Below are positions 50,899-62,559 of a stretch of DNA of 64,000 nt, in pieces. Both the position numbers and the translations under genes were made by a program. The stretch's first letter is position 1. Each line of letters begins with the position of its first letter. A model generated the notes under the pieces. It ran no database searches. It was not told the DNA's origin and was given only the letters and a program-made list of their open reading frames with translations. The stretch is from contig CBDCTH010000004.1 of the NCBI GenBank assembly GCA_965222155.1, positions 384,001 through 448,000 of the forward strand, given 5' to 3'. This DNA comes from Gammaproteobacteria bacterium. GTDB lineage: Bacteria; Pseudomonadota; Gammaproteobacteria; Eutrophobiales; Eutrophobiaceae.

Positions 50899-52641
50899 AT
50901 GCAGCAGCTTCCAGGTCCATCCGGCCCGTCCCAGGAGACACAGTTGCAGGCAGCGTTGCGCCGTTGCCGCGGCGGTTTCGTGGGGGTGACGGTATTCAGC
51001 GCGGTGGCCAACATACTGATGCTGGTGGCGCCGGTGTACATGTTGCAGATGTACGACCGGGTGCTGACCAGCGCCAGTTTCGAGACCTTGATCGTGCTGA
51101 CCATGATCGCGGTCTTCCTGCTGGCCTGCTTCGGCTTGCTGGACTGGGTACGGCAACGCCTGATGGCGCGCATCGCCCTGACTTTGAACCATGATGTGCA
51201 GGATGAAGTACTGGCCGGCGTATTCCGCGGCAGTTTGCAGCGCTTCCGGCAAAGCGTCGACCAACCGGTGCGCGACCTGGATACGGTGCGCCAGTTTATT
51301 TCCAGTCCCCCTGCGCTGGCCTTCTTTGATGCGCCCTGGGCGCCGGTGTTCATCGCCGTCATCTTCCTGATCCATCCCTGGCTGGGGTTCTTCGCGATAT
51401 TTGCTGCGTTGTTCATCCTGTTCCTGGCCCTGCTGACGGAGTGGACGTCACGGGGACCGCTCCGGAATGCCTCGGAGCACACGGCGGAGTCCAATCGATT
51501 TGTGGAGAGCAGCCTGCGCCATGCGGACGTACTGGAGGCGATGGGCATGTTCGAGGGCTTTCGCCGCCGCTGGCGCGACAAGCACGACCGTAGCGTGGCC
51601 TTCCAGGCCCGGGGCGGTTCCCGGATCAGCGCGTTGCTGGCCACCTCAAAGTCGGGCCGCCAGATCGTGCAGGTGGGCATCCTGGGCATGGGCGCTTGGC
51701 TGGTGCTCAAACAGGATATCTCGCCGGGCATGATGATCGCCGCCTCCATTATCCTGGGGCGTGCGCTGGCGCCTATCGAACAAGGCATATCGGCGTGGCG
51801 CGGCTTTGTCTCCGCCCGCCAGGCCTGGCGCCGGCTCAATAACCTGCTCAAGAGCGCGCCGCCGGCGCGGGGCGGCGGCGCGTCGAGCCTGCCCCGGCCC
51901 ACGGGCAAGCTGGATGTGGAGGGGGTATCTGCTGCGCCGCCCGGGACGACGACACTGGCCTTGAAGCGTGTGCATTTCACCCTGGAAGCGGGTTCCAGTA
52001 CCGGACTCATCGGTCCCAGCGGCAGTGGCAAAAGCACCCTGGCCCGCCTGATGGTGGGCGTCTGGACACCCCAGGGCGGGGTGGTGCGCCTGGACGGAGC
52101 GGCCATAGGAGACTGGCCGAGCGAGAGCCGCTTCCGCCACGTGGGTTACCTGCCCCAGGAGGTAGAACTGTTCGAGGGCACCGTGGCCGAGAACATTGCC
52201 CGCCTGTCTGAGCCGGACAACGACGCGGTGCTCGCCGCGGCGCAGCAGGCGAACTGCCATGACATGGTCATGCGCCTGCCGGAGAACTACAATACGCCCA
52301 TTGCGGCCGGCGGTTCCAACCTGTCAGCCGGACAACGCCAGCGCGTGGCCCTGGCGCGGGCTTTGTACGGCGACCCGGCGCTGATTATACTGGACGAGCC
52401 GGACGCAAACCTGGATACGGACGGCGAGATGGCGCTCAGAAACGCCTTGCGCACCCTGTCCCAGCGCGGCGTGACAACCCTGATGGTGACCCACAATTTC
52501 CGCCTGTTGCAGATGGTCGAATTTGTACTGGTATTGAAGGAAGGCGTCCTGCTGGAGAGCGGCCCCCGCGAAGAAGTCCTGAAACGCTTCATGCGCCCCG
52601 CCCCGGCTGCCGGCGAGAAGAAGGCGCAGGCTGGTAGTTGA
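50899..52641 (+). CDS. Type I secretion ABC transporter (PrtD/AprD type)
   Basis: YMLQMYDRVL, FFDAPW, GPSGSGKST, LSAGQRQR, ILDEP. Confidence 0.93.
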   Translation: MQQLPGPSGPSQETQLQAALRRCRGGFVGVTVFSAVANILMLVAPVYMLQMYDRVLTSASFETLIVLTMIAVFLLACFGLLDWVRQRLMARIALTLNHDVQDEVLAGVFRGSLQRFRQSVDQPVRDLDTVRQFISSPPALAFFDAPWAPVFIAVIFLIHPWLGFFAIFAALFILFLALLTEWTSRGPLRNASEHTAESNRFVESSLRHADVLEAMGMFEGFRRRWRDKHDRSVAFQARGGSRISALLATSKSGRQIVQVGILGMGAWLVLKQDISPGMMIAASIILGRALAPIEQGISAWRGFVSARQAWRRLNNLLKSAPPARGGGASSLPRPTGKLDVEGVSAAPPGTTTLALKRVHFTLEAGSSTGLIGPSGSGKSTLARLMVGVWTPQGGVVRLDGAAIGDWPSESRFRHVGYLPQEVELFEGTVAENIARLSEPDNDAVLAAAQQANCHDMVMRLPENYNTPIAAGGSNLSAGQRQRVALARALYGDPALIILDEPDANLDTDGEMALRNALRTLSQRGVTTLMVTHNFRLLQMVEFVLVLKEGVLLESGPREEVLKRFMRPAPAAGEKKAQAGS

Positions 52642-52875
52642 CGGAACACCCATCCCCCTATTACCACTCCTGCGAAAGCAGGAGTCTCACGCGCTAGATT
52701 CCTGCTCCCGCTGCAAGTGAGCAGGAATCCAGTGAAATACTGAGTCTGGGGACGGCACAATGAGAGATGAGGAGCATCGCCAGGTATTTTATGTAAGTTG
52801 CGCTTTTGTCGTCATGCCGGGCTTGACCCGGTATCCAGTCTGATAATGTGTCGCCCCTGGCGACTCCTTGTCTCA

Positions 52876-53010
52876 CTGGATTCCGGCATTCGCCGGAATG
52901 ACGACAGGGGGGCCTCGCCGGAATGACGACAGGGGCCTCGCGGAATGACGACAGGGGGCTTCGCCGGAATGACGACAGGGAGCCTCGTCGGAATGACGAC
53001 AGGGGGATTC
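52876..53010. repeat. REP palindrome followed by ~4 tandem 22-24-bp units (gccggaatgacgacagggggcctc)
   Basis: Direct inspection. Confidence 0.85.
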
Positions 53011-53098
53011 GTCGAAATCATACTGGATGCCGGGTCAAGCCCGGCATGGTAGAATCGCCGTGATGACAATCGAATGTAGAAGCAGTACGAGTTAAATT

Positions 53099-54547
53099 AT
53101 GGTCGCAGAAGCTGAACAATCCACATTGGCCCTGGCGGGCAAAGTCACGAGCGGCTGGCTGCAACGCCTGTCCGGTTACATCGTCTCCCTTATCCGCGGA
53201 CCCAAGGAGGAGGACGTCGGGCTGTCCCAGGACGCTGCGGATGAAAAGAAAGAATTGCAGGCACTGTTGTCCCGCGATGTGGTCATGCGCCGGGGGATCA
53301 TCGTGATCGTCATCGCCCTGGGCGGATTCCTGGCCTGGGCGACGCTTGCGCCCCTGACAGAAGGCGTGGTTGCGATGGGTACGGTGGTGGTGGATACGGA
53401 GCACAAGACCATCCAGCACCTGGAGGGCGGTATTGTCGAGACCCTGTACGTGCATGAGGGCAGCGAGGTCAAGGCCGGGGACGTGCTTATTGAATTAAGT
53501 GAGACCCAGAACCGCGCCCAGTTGGAGCTCCTGGAAAGCCGTTATTACGGGCGCTTGGCGGAGATCAACCGCTTGAATGCCGAGCGCCTGTTGCAGGAGG
53601 AGATTGCCTTTTCCGACGAACTGGTCGCCCTGCGCGACGATCCGGTGATCGCCGATATCCTGTCGGTGCAGGAAAACCTGTTCCAGGTGCGGCGGCGCCA
53701 GTACCACGGCCAGATCGAGGTCCTGCGCCATCGCATCAGCCAGCTTGAGGAGCAGATCCACGGCCTGGATGCAAGCCGAGGGGCCTTGTTGCGCGAGCAG
53801 GGCTTGATCGAGAAGGACCTGGAAAGCCTGGTTGCCCTGCGCGATCAGCAATTGATTGATGAGGGCGTGCTGATCAACCGGCAGCGCGAATACGAACAGA
53901 GCATCGGCCGACTCGGCAGCCTCGTCGCGGACATCGCCTCGACCCGGGTAAAAATCGGTGAAACCCGCCAGGAGATCCTCCAGATCGAACACGGCTGGGG
54001 CACGGAGGTATCCGACCAGATCAACACGGCGCAACAGCAATGGTTCGAGACCCGCGAGCGTATCGCCTCGGTGCAGGACGTGTTGCAGCGTACCACCATC
54101 GTGGCGCCCCAGGACGGCAAGGTCATCGGACTCAGCGTCCACACCCTGGGCGGGGTGATCCCGCCCGGCAGTTCCATTATGAACATTGTCCCGACTGAAG
54201 AACGGCTCATGGTGGAAGGCCAGGTGCGGCCCACCGACGTGGACAACGTCTACCTCGGCCAGACGGCCAGGTTGCGGTTTTCGGCCTTCAGTTGGCGCAC
54301 CACGCCCCAGGTTAAAGGCACGGTCGAGCGCGTCTCGCCCGATGCCTTCCGCGACGACGAGGCCGGCACCGCCTACTATATCGCCCGCATACTGGTCCCC
54401 GAGGATGAAATGGCGAAGCTGGGCGACGTCACCGTCGGCCCCGGCATGCCGGTGGACATCATGTTCACCGGCAGCGACCGCACCGCCATGTCGTACCTGA
54501 CCAAGCCCCTGACCGACATCATGGGCAAGGCGATGGTCGAAGAATGA
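53099..54547 (+). CDS. Type I secretion membrane fusion protein (HlyD family)
   Basis: TIQHLEGGIV, VKAGDVL, IVAPQDG, VGPGMP. Confidence 0.93.
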   Translation: MVAEAEQSTLALAGKVTSGWLQRLSGYIVSLIRGPKEEDVGLSQDAADEKKELQALLSRDVVMRRGIIVIVIALGGFLAWATLAPLTEGVVAMGTVVVDTEHKTIQHLEGGIVETLYVHEGSEVKAGDVLIELSETQNRAQLELLESRYYGRLAEINRLNAERLLQEEIAFSDELVALRDDPVIADILSVQENLFQVRRRQYHGQIEVLRHRISQLEEQIHGLDASRGALLREQGLIEKDLESLVALRDQQLIDEGVLINRQREYEQSIGRLGSLVADIASTRVKIGETRQEILQIEHGWGTEVSDQINTAQQQWFETRERIASVQDVLQRTTIVAPQDGKVIGLSVHTLGGVIPPGSSIMNIVPTEERLMVEGQVRPTDVDNVYLGQTARLRFSAFSWRTTPQVKGTVERVSPDAFRDDEAGTAYYIARILVPEDEMAKLGDVTVGPGMPVDIMFTGSDRTAMSYLTKPLTDIMGKAMVEE

Positions 54548-55923
54548 TTGGGGTCAGAGTAAACACGACGAATTACCATTCCTGCGGAAGCAGGAATCCA
54601 CTAAGCCTATCAATGGATTCCTGCTTTCGCAGGAATGGCGCTGGGGGCGCACGAATAGGGTTCGCCATACTCATGTTATCACTCTGCCTGGGACAGACCG
54701 CCATGGCCGGCGAGTCGGCCGGTTCCTACACCTTGTCGCAGGCGTTTCTGGATGCGCAGGCGCGGGATGCCCGGATGCAGGCGGCCGATAATCGCGTGGC
54801 GGAAGCGCGCGAGAGGCTGGTGGAAGTCAACACCAGTCGCCGCCCCTCGCTCACCATATCCGGCAACACCGGGTACAGCCATAACCGCAGCGAGGCTCGC
54901 GTGAAGCAGACCTATGAGGGGCACTCGTACCGGGGCAGGCTGCAGCTTAACCAGAACCTGTATACCTTCGGCCGTCTGGAGGGCCGCCAGCGCCGGGCCG
55001 AGGCCGAGATCGCCGAGGCGGAATACGCTTTTGAGGAAGTGCGCCAGGAAGTCCTGGCGGAGGTCGCCCGCGCCTTTTCCGAGCAGTTGTTCCGGAAACG
55101 CATCTACGACAGCCGGCGCGACTTCGAGATGCTGCTGGTCGATCTTGAAGACATTGCGCGCCGGCGTATCGAACAGGGTAGCCTGGACCGCACCGAGTTG
55201 TTTGAAGTCCTGCGCCGCCTGCACCAGGCGCGGGCGCAGCGTATTGAGGCCGATTCCTATTACCGGGTGGCGCGGGCGCAGTTAGTGCGGCTGACGGGAA
55301 CCGAGCATGACGACCTGGCGCCCACTTCCCTGGCCGGCCTGGAACTGGCGACTCCGGCCAGTCTCGAAGATGCGCTGATCCGGGCCGAGAACCGGTCCCC
55401 CTCCCTGGCGCGGGCGCGCATGCGCCTGGAAGCCGCAGAAGGAGAGCTGGCGTTCCGCAAGGCTGAGCTCTGGCCGACCCTGAGCCTGGAGGTCAACGCC
55501 AGCGCCGGCCACGTTGGGCCGATCGACACCCGCGATATTGTCGGCGGAGTCAACCTTTCGGTGCCGATGTATGAAGGCGGCCTCAAGCGCTCACAGTTGC
55601 GCGGCGCCAGGCTGGCGATGGAAACCGCGCGCCGGGACTTGTCCGCGGAACGGGACCAGGTCGAGATAGACGTACGCTCGAACTGGGACCTGCTTGAGGG
55701 ATTGATCCATTCCCTGCGGGAGTTCGAGGCCGCAATCGCAGATATGGAAGAGGTGGTGGAACTGACCGGCAGCAAGCTGGACGTCGGCCGCGCTACCTTC
55801 GTGCAGCACATCGAAGCCCGCCAATCCGCCCTGGACGTCGAATTCGACACCCTGGACAGCCGCCTGCGCCTGGAAGAAACCCGCATCGCCCTGCTCCGCC
55901 TCCTGGCGGAACTGAATCCCTGA
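54544..55923 (+). CDS. TolC-family outer membrane channel
   Basis: OEP repeats (RPSLTISG, LNQNLYTFG, WPTLSL, LSVPMYEGG); ATG overlaps the hlyD stop. Confidence 0.88.
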   Translation: MIGVRVNTTNYHSCGSRNPLSLSMDSCFRRNGAGGARIGFAILMLSLCLGQTAMAGESAGSYTLSQAFLDAQARDARMQAADNRVAEARERLVEVNTSRRPSLTISGNTGYSHNRSEARVKQTYEGHSYRGRLQLNQNLYTFGRLEGRQRRAEAEIAEAEYAFEEVRQEVLAEVARAFSEQLFRKRIYDSRRDFEMLLVDLEDIARRRIEQGSLDRTELFEVLRRLHQARAQRIEADSYYRVARAQLVRLTGTEHDDLAPTSLAGLELATPASLEDALIRAENRSPSLARARMRLEAAEGELAFRKAELWPTLSLEVNASAGHVGPIDTRDIVGGVNLSVPMYEGGLKRSQLRGARLAMETARRDLSAERDQVEIDVRSNWDLLEGLIHSLREFEAAIADMEEVVELTGSKLDVGRATFVQHIEARQSALDVEFDTLDSRLRLEETRIALLRLLAELNP

Positions 55924-55932
55924 GAAATCCAC

Positions 55933-56368
55933 CAGTCGTCATACCGGCGCATGCCCCCGGTCGTCATACCGGCGCATGCCCCCAGTCGTCATACCGGCGT
56001 ATGCCCCCAGTCGTCATACCGGCGTATGCCCCCAGTCGTCATACCGGCGTATGCCCCCGGTCGTCATACCGGCGCATGCCCCTGGTCGTCATACCGGCGG
56101 CATGCCCCCGGTCGTCATACCGGCGTCATGCCCCCGGTCGTCATACCGGCGGCATGCCCCCGGTCGTCATACCGGCGCATGCCCCCGGTCGTCATACCGG
56201 CGCATGCCCCCGGTCGTCATACCGGCACATGCCCCCAGTCGTCATACCGGCGTATGCCCCCGGTCGTCATACCGGCGCATGCCCCCAGTCGTCATACCGG
56301 CGCATGCCCCCGGTCGTCATTCCGGTGCATGCCCCCGGTCGTCATACCGGGCTTGACCCGGTATCCAG
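55933..56368. repeat. ~16 x 25-26-bp tandem repeat (gtcgtcataccggcgcatgcccccg) ending at an intact REP
   Basis: Ends with gtcataccgggcttgacccggtatccag. Confidence 0.93.
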
Positions 56369-56402
56369 TCCAATAACGTGTCGCCCTTAGCGACTCTTTG
56401 TT

Positions 56403-57617
56403 TCACTGGATTCTGGAAAAAACCAGGGTGGCGTTTGTGCCGCCGAAGCCGAAGCTGTTCGACATTACCGTGTTGAGGCTGGCGTTATCGATGCGTTCCA
56501 GGGCGATGGGCAGGCCTTCTGCTGCTTCGTCCAGTGTTTCTATGTTAGCGGATTCGCAGACGAAGTCCTGTTTGAGCATCAGCAGGGTGAAGATTGCTTC
56601 ACTCACGCCCGCGGCGCCGAGGCCGTGACCTGTCAGGGCTTTGGTTGAGCTGATCCTGGGTAGCTTGTCCTTGAATGCCGTTCTTATTGCGCTGAGTTCT
56701 CCCGTGTCGCCGGCCGGTGTGCTGGTTGCATGGGCGTTGATATAGTCGACCGGGTCGGTGACGTTTGCAAGTGACATCTGCATGCAGCGCACTGCGCCTT
56801 CGCCGGAGGGCTTTACCATGTCGTAGCCGTCGGAGGTGGCGCCGTATCCGACAATCTCGGCGTGTATGTTTGCATTCCTTTTCACGGCATGGTCATACTC
56901 TTCCAAGACGATTATCCCGCCGCCGCCGGAGATGACAAACCCGTCCCTGTTCGCGTCAAAAGGACGGGATGCGGTTGCCGGGCTGTCATTGTAGCGCGAC
57001 GAAAGGGCGCCCATGCTGTCGAATAACAAGGTGCCGGTCCAGTGAACCTCGTCGCCGCCGCCGGCGAAGATGATGTCCTGTTTGCCGGACTGGATAAGCT
57101 CGTAGGCATTGCCTATGCAATGGGCGCTGGTGGCGCAGGCTGAGCCGATTGAATAATTGATTCCCTTGATCCTGTAAGCAACTGCCAGGCAGGCGCTGGC
57201 TGTGCTCGACATGACCCGGGGCACGATGGTCGGCCCCACTTTCCGGGCGCCTCTGCTGCGTAATATGTCCGCCGCGGCGACCATATTCTCGGTGGAGGTG
57301 CCGCCGGTGCCGACTATCAAACCGGTGCGATGGTGGGATACCTGCTCTTCATCCAGGTTGGCATCGGTTATTGCATCCCGCATTGCCAGGTAGGCGTAGG
57401 CGGCGGCATCGCCCATGAAACGCTTCTGTTTCCTGTCGATTAGCTCATCCAGGTCAAGATGGATGGGGGCGCGAAGGTGGGATCGGAATCCCAGGTCCGC
57501 ATATTCCTGTGAATGTTCTACGCCGGTTATTGCCGATTTCAGTGCATTAAGCACTTCCGGCTGGCTGTTTCCTATACTGGATTTTATGCCCAGGCCGGTA
57601 ATGACTACTCGGTTCAA
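56403..57617 (-). CDS. fabB: Beta-ketoacyl-ACP synthase I
   Basis: [37 protein letters not shown]; downstream of fabA. Confidence 0.95.
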   Translation of the reverse strand: MNRVVITGLGIKSSIGNSQPEVLNALKSAITGVEHSQEYADLGFRSHLRAPIHLDLDELIDRKQKRFMGDAAAYAYLAMRDAITDANLDEEQVSHHRTGLIVGTGGTSTENMVAAADILRSRGARKVGPTIVPRVMSSTASACLAVAYRIKGINYSIGSACATSAHCIGNAYELIQSGKQDIIFAGGGDEVHWTGTLLFDSMGALSSRYNDSPATASRPFDANRDGFVISGGGGIIVLEEYDHAVKRNANIHAEIVGYGATSDGYDMVKPSGEGAVRCMQMSLANVTDPVDYINAHATSTPAGDTGELSAIRTAFKDKLPRISSTKALTGHGLGAAGVSEAIFTLLMLKQDFVCESANIETLDEAAEGLPIALERIDNASLNTVMSNSFGFGGTNATLVFSRIQ

Positions 57618-57661
57618 ATTATATCCCTCTGAAAAGATTTACTGGCTTGCGTTGTTACCTG

Positions 57662-58180
57662 TCAAAATTTTCCCAACTGCTGGAATAGGCCTACCCTGAG
57701 GTCTTTTGCCGAATAGGTTTCCTTGCCATCGACATACATGCAGCCATCGGCGACCCCCATCACCAGGTTTCGGGAGAATATTTTTTTCATATCAATTACG
57801 TATTCTACCACCTTGCAGTCCGGAGTGACCTGCCCGGAGAATTTGATTCTACCCGCCCCCAGCGCCCGGCCGCGACCGGGTGCACCGGTCCAGCCCAGGT
57901 AAAATCCCACTAATTGCCACATCGCGTCAAGCCCCAGACAGCCGGGCATAACCGGGTCGCCTTGAAAGTGACAATTAAAAAACCACAAGTCTGGATGAAT
58001 ATCCAATTGCGCCACAACGTACCCCTTGTCCTTCAGGCCCCCGCTGTCACTGATATCCGTTATCCGGTCAACCATCAACATATTGTCCAACGGCAACTGG
58101 GCATTTCCATCACCGAACAGCTCGCCCCGACCACAAGCTAACAATTCTTCTTTGGAATACTGACTTTTTCCCCTGCGCAT
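57662..58180 (-). CDS. fabA: 3-hydroxydecanoyl-ACP dehydratase
   Basis: [34 protein letters not shown]. Confidence 0.96.
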   Translation of the reverse strand: MRRGKSQYSKEELLACGRGELFGDGNAQLPLDNMLMVDRITDISDSGGLKDKGYVVAQLDIHPDLWFFNCHFQGDPVMPGCLGLDAMWQLVGFYLGWTGAPGRGRALGAGRIKFSGQVTPDCKVVEYVIDMKKIFSRNLVMGVADGCMYVDGKETYSAKDLRVGLFQQLGKF

Positions 58181-58229
58181 AGAGCAGGAAGTATCGCATG
58201 TTTCACAGCGTTTTTCTATCCAAAATCAC

Positions 58230-58452
58230 TAATCCAGGACACCCATAAATTAAAATTTGGGATAAAATTTGGGACACCCATAAATTGATCGATAACCGAA
58301 ATTTTATGGGTGTCCCAAATTGAGTCCCATCAATTCATGGGTGTCCCAAATTTGCTTTCATCCCAAATTGAGTCCCATCAATTCATGGGTGTCCCAAATT
58401 TGCTTTCATCCCAAATTGAGTCCCATCAATTCATGGGTGTCCCAAATTTGCT
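58230..58452. repeat. GGACACCCAT cluster including a 48-bp tandem unit
   Basis: cccaaattgagtcccatcaattcatgggtgtcccaaatttgct repeated three times. Confidence 0.88.
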
Positions 58453-58501
58453 ATTCTGAGTATGTGCTTGACTATTACCGTGTTGTATTTAGACTTGCGG
58501 T

Positions 58502-59728
58502 ATGACAAATCAGCAGGGTCTTTCGGAGAGGCGGCGCAGTGTTGCGGTTAGAATTGGTCCGGTCGAAGTGGGCGGGGGCGTGCCGGTGGTCGTCCAGTCC
58601 ATGACGAATACTGATACTGCTGACGTCATTGCTACGGTGAAACAGGTGCAGCAGTTGGCTGCAGCCGGGTCGGAGCTGGTGCGCATCACTGTGAATAACG
58701 AAGATGCGGCGCGCCAAGTCATGCGTATTCGGGAAAGGCTGGACGTGCTGGGTTGCAACGTGCCTTTGATCGGTGATTTTCACTATAACGGCCACCAGTT
58801 GTTGACTAAATTCCCTGATTGCGCCGAGGCGCTGGCCAAATACCGGATAAATCCGGGGAACGTGGGGTTTGGCAGGAAGCGGGACAGCCAGTTTGCGATC
58901 CTGATAGAAAAGGCTATCGAGTATGATAAGCCGATTCGGATTGGCGTGAACTGGGGCAGCCTGGACCAGGAGCTGGCTACCCACATGATGGATGAGAATG
59001 CCAGGTTGGCAGAACCCCTGGACGCCGACCACGTCATGCAGGAAGCTTTGATCGTTTCTGCCTTGAACAGTGCAACCAAGGCGGAAGAGATTGGCTTACC
59101 CAGAGACAGGATCATTCTGTCATGCAAGGTAAGTGGAGTACAAAGGCTGGTTTCGGTTTACCGGGACCTGGCCAGTCGCTGCGAGTATGCCTTGCACCTC
59201 GGCCTGACGGAAGCCGGAATGGGGTCAAAGGGGATTGTTGCGTCTACCGCGGCCCTCGGTATTCTGTTACAGGAGGGGATAGGAGATACAATCCGCATTT
59301 CCCTCACTCCCGAACCGGGAGGTGACCGGACTACCGAGGTGATTGTAGCCCAGGAGATCCTGCAAACAATGGGTTTCCGTTCATTTACTCCGCTGGTTAC
59401 CGCCTGTCCCGGCTGTGGCCGTACCACGAGTACCGTATTCCAGGAACTTGCGGATAACATCCAGGCCTACATCAGGACTCAGATGCCGATCTGGCGCGAG
59501 AAATACAAGGGAGTTGAGGAGTTGAACCTGGCGGTGATGGGTTGCGTGGTGAACGGTCCCGGCGAAAGCAAGCATGCGGACATCGGTATCAGCCTGCCCG
59601 GAACGGGCGAGTCGCCGTCCGCGCCGGTTTTTGTTGACGGCAAGAAAGTGGTCACCCTGCGCGGCGATAATATCGCCGGAGAGTTCCAGCGCATAGTGGA
59701 TGACTACATTGAAAACCGCTTTGGGTGA
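58502..59728 (+). CDS. ispG: HMBPP synthase IspG (GcpE)
   Basis: [38 protein letters not shown]. Confidence 0.97.
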   Translation: MTNQQGLSERRRSVAVRIGPVEVGGGVPVVVQSMTNTDTADVIATVKQVQQLAAAGSELVRITVNNEDAARQVMRIRERLDVLGCNVPLIGDFHYNGHQLLTKFPDCAEALAKYRINPGNVGFGRKRDSQFAILIEKAIEYDKPIRIGVNWGSLDQELATHMMDENARLAEPLDADHVMQEALIVSALNSATKAEEIGLPRDRIILSCKVSGVQRLVSVYRDLASRCEYALHLGLTEAGMGSKGIVASTAALGILLQEGIGDTIRISLTPEPGGDRTTEVIVAQEILQTMGFRSFTPLVTACPGCGRTTSTVFQELADNIQAYIRTQMPIWREKYKGVEELNLAVMGCVVNGPGESKHADIGISLPGTGESPSAPVFVDGKKVVTLRGDNIAGEFQRIVDDYIENRFG

Positions 59729-59862
59729 GCCGGAAAAATTCCCGGCGCTAATTCAAAAGCCCCACCCACCCCCTGGGCAGGTGAGGCAATTGATTTAAGC
59801 AGACTAAATGCAGAATTAACCGGAGTCTTCTATCTGCTATAGATAATCCGGTTGGCCTGATA

Positions 59863-60189
59863 TCAGCCCTTCAATCGATTTACAGTCCTCGCTACGAGAA
59901 TGCTGATAACACCAGCATTAAGTGCGTTGCTGACCTGATCGACGATAGCATCAAGATATCCCCCCAGCATGGGAATTGCGTTTAGAACTCCTTCGCTCAT
60001 TGTCGCAGCGCCTACAGCGATAGCGACTGCCAGGTAAGCGACAGGATCTTCAGCATCGACCGCCGTCCAGCCATAGACCAGACCAAGGATCACGATAGCT
60101 AGTGGAAGCAGGTCTGAAGGAACTGCGCCCGGGGCCAGCCCCTCAACAAGCGCTGCTAGGGTGATCAATCCAACGATGATTCTAGTCAT
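59863..60189 (-). CDS. Hypothetical small membrane protein
   Basis: 108 aa hydrophobic; RBS ggaggg upstream. Confidence 0.65.
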   Translation of the reverse strand: MTRIIVGLITLAALVEGLAPGAVPSDLLPLAIVILGLVYGWTAVDAEDPVAYLAVAIAVGAATMSEGVLNAIPMLGGYLDAIVDQVSNALNAGVISILVARTVNRLKG

Positions 60190-60455
60190 TTTTTCTCCCT
60201 CCTACGGTTATTATGACGTAAAAGGCTCACCGGTGAGTGGCCACGCTGGTTCTTAACATGGATTCTTACGGTCAGCCACATAGGAAACTATAGCACATAA
60301 AAGTCGTCTTGGATCAAAACAATCGGGCAAACGGAGCTATTTTTTTGTTACCGTCATTCTCCGGAATGATGATAGTTTTAACTCATAAGGTGAGTGTTTG
60401 CCCTATAATGTACAATCCGCACGATACCAATAAGAATAGTTGAAGAGGAAATAGC

Positions 60456-62393
60456 ATGTCTGAAGTACATATTTATCCTGCACCCCTGACGCTTGCATCA
60501 GCCGCCCATATCAGTGCGGAACGATACTCTGCGATGTATGAGCGTTCAATCAACGAGCCGGAGGCTTTCTGGGCCGAGCAGGCCGAACAGTTCGTCAGTT
60601 GGTTTAAAAAATGGGATAAAGTCCAGGATTGGGACTATGAGAGCGTGAACATCAAATGGTTCACCGGGGCGAAACTGAACGTATCGTATAATTGCCTGGA
60701 CCGGCACCTGGAGACCCGCGGCGATGACGTTGCCATCATCTGGGAAGGCGATGATCCCGATATTGACAAGAAAATCACCTACCGGGAGCTGCACCGGGAA
60801 GTCTGCCGCTTCGCCAACGTCCTGAAAGCAAGGGGCGTGGGCAAGGGCGATCGCATCTCCATCTATATGCCCATGATCCCCGAGGCGACGGTCGCCATGC
60901 TGGCCTGTACCCGCATCGGCGCGGTCCACTCGGTGGTATTCGGCGGGTTCTCGCCGGAGGCACTGAAGGATCGCATACTGGACTCTGATTGCCGGGTGGT
61001 CATTACCGCGGATGAAACCGTGCGCGGTGGCCGCAACACACCGCTGAAGGCGAATACCGACAAGGCCCTGGAACAGTGCCCGGACGTGCATAGCGTGATC
61101 GTGGTAAAACGTTCCGGCGCGGACGTGGGCTGGAATGCGGCGCGCGATGTGTGGTATCACGAACAGATGGCGAATGCCGCGGCGGAATGCCCGCCGGAGG
61201 AAATGGATGCGGAAGATCCGTTGTTTATCCTGTACACCTCAGGCTCCACCGGCAAGCCCAAGGGCGTATTGCATACGATGGGCGGCTACCTGCTGTACAC
61301 CGCGCTGACCCATAAGTATGTGTTTGATTACCAGGATGGGGAGGTTTACTGGTGTACCGCGGACGTCGGCTGGGTGACGGGGCATTCCTATATTGTCTAC
61401 GGCCCCCTGTGCAACGGCGCCACCACCCTGATGTTTGAAGGTGTCCCGACCTACCCTGACGCGGGCCGGTTCTGGCAGGTGGTGGATAAACACCAGGTCA
61501 ATATTTTCTATACTGCGCCCACTGCATTGCGCGCCCTGATGGGGCAGGGCGATAAGTTCGTGAAACAGCATGATCGCAGCAGCCTGCGCGTGCTCGGCAG
61601 TGTCGGCGAACCCATCAACCCGGAAGCCTGGGAGTGGTATTACCACGTCGTCGGTGACGGGCGCTGTCCGATTGCGGATACCTGGTGGCAGACGGAGACC
61701 GGCGGCGTACTGATTGCGCCGTACCCGGGCGCGACCGCCCTGAAACCCGGCTCCGCAACCCGGCCCTGCTTCGGCGTGGAGCCCTGCCTGGTGGACGACA
61801 AGGGCAACGAGTTGCACGGAGCGACCTCGGGGTCGCTGTGCCTGAAGCGCTCCTGGCCCGGTCAGATGCGTACCGTGTACGGCGATCACCAGCGCTTCAT
61901 AGATACCTATTTCAAGACCTTTCCCGGCAAGTATTTCACCGGTGACGGCGCCCGTCGGGATGAGGACGGTTATTACTGGATCACCGGGCGGGTTGACGAT
62001 GTGATCAACGTCTCCGGTCACCGTATGGGGACGGCTGAAGTGGAAAGCGCCCTGGTGCTGCATGACGCGGTCGCCGAAGCGGCCGTGGTGGGGTTTCCCC
62101 ATGATATCAAGGGCCAGGGGATCTATGCTTACGTGACCTTGATGCAGGATGCCGACCCTTCCCCTGAACTTAACAAGGAACTGGTGCAGCACGTACGCCG
62201 GGAGATCGGCCCCATCGCCAGCCCGGACGTGATCCAGTGGGCGCCCGGCCTGCCCAAGACCCGTTCCGGCAAGATCATGCGCCGCATCCTGCGCAAGATA
62301 GCAGCCAATGAACTGGACAACCTGGGCGACATCAGCACCCTTGCCGACCCCGCCGTGGTGGACGACCTGGTCGATAACCGGGCGGTCAGGTGA
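60456..62393 (+). CDS. acs: Acetyl-CoA synthetase
   Basis: [32 protein letters not shown]. Confidence 0.97.
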   Translation: MSEVHIYPAPLTLASAAHISAERYSAMYERSINEPEAFWAEQAEQFVSWFKKWDKVQDWDYESVNIKWFTGAKLNVSYNCLDRHLETRGDDVAIIWEGDDPDIDKKITYRELHREVCRFANVLKARGVGKGDRISIYMPMIPEATVAMLACTRIGAVHSVVFGGFSPEALKDRILDSDCRVVITADETVRGGRNTPLKANTDKALEQCPDVHSVIVVKRSGADVGWNAARDVWYHEQMANAAAECPPEEMDAEDPLFILYTSGSTGKPKGVLHTMGGYLLYTALTHKYVFDYQDGEVYWCTADVGWVTGHSYIVYGPLCNGATTLMFEGVPTYPDAGRFWQVVDKHQVNIFYTAPTALRALMGQGDKFVKQHDRSSLRVLGSVGEPINPEAWEWYYHVVGDGRCPIADTWWQTETGGVLIAPYPGATALKPGSATRPCFGVEPCLVDDKGNELHGATSGSLCLKRSWPGQMRTVYGDHQRFIDTYFKTFPGKYFTGDGARRDEDGYYWITGRVDDVINVSGHRMGTAEVESALVLHDAVAEAAVVGFPHDIKGQGIYAYVTLMQDADPSPELNKELVQHVRREIGPIASPDVIQWAPGLPKTRSGKIMRRILRKIAANELDNLGDISTLADPAVVDDLVDNRAVR

Positions 62394-62559
62394 TGGAGTC
62401 GACCACCCGTTCCATTCCTGCGAAAGCAGGAATCTTCCGACTGCCATTCCTGCGAAAGCAGGAATCCACCCTCGTACCATTCCTGCGAAAGCAGGAATCC
62501 AGTATGTGGTGGTACCGCCATGGATTCCTGCTTACACAGGAATGGTAACACAGCATTCA

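Noticed and set aside
55951-56390. ORFs with MPPVVIPA repeats
   Set aside because: Translation of the 25-bp REP-derived satellite.
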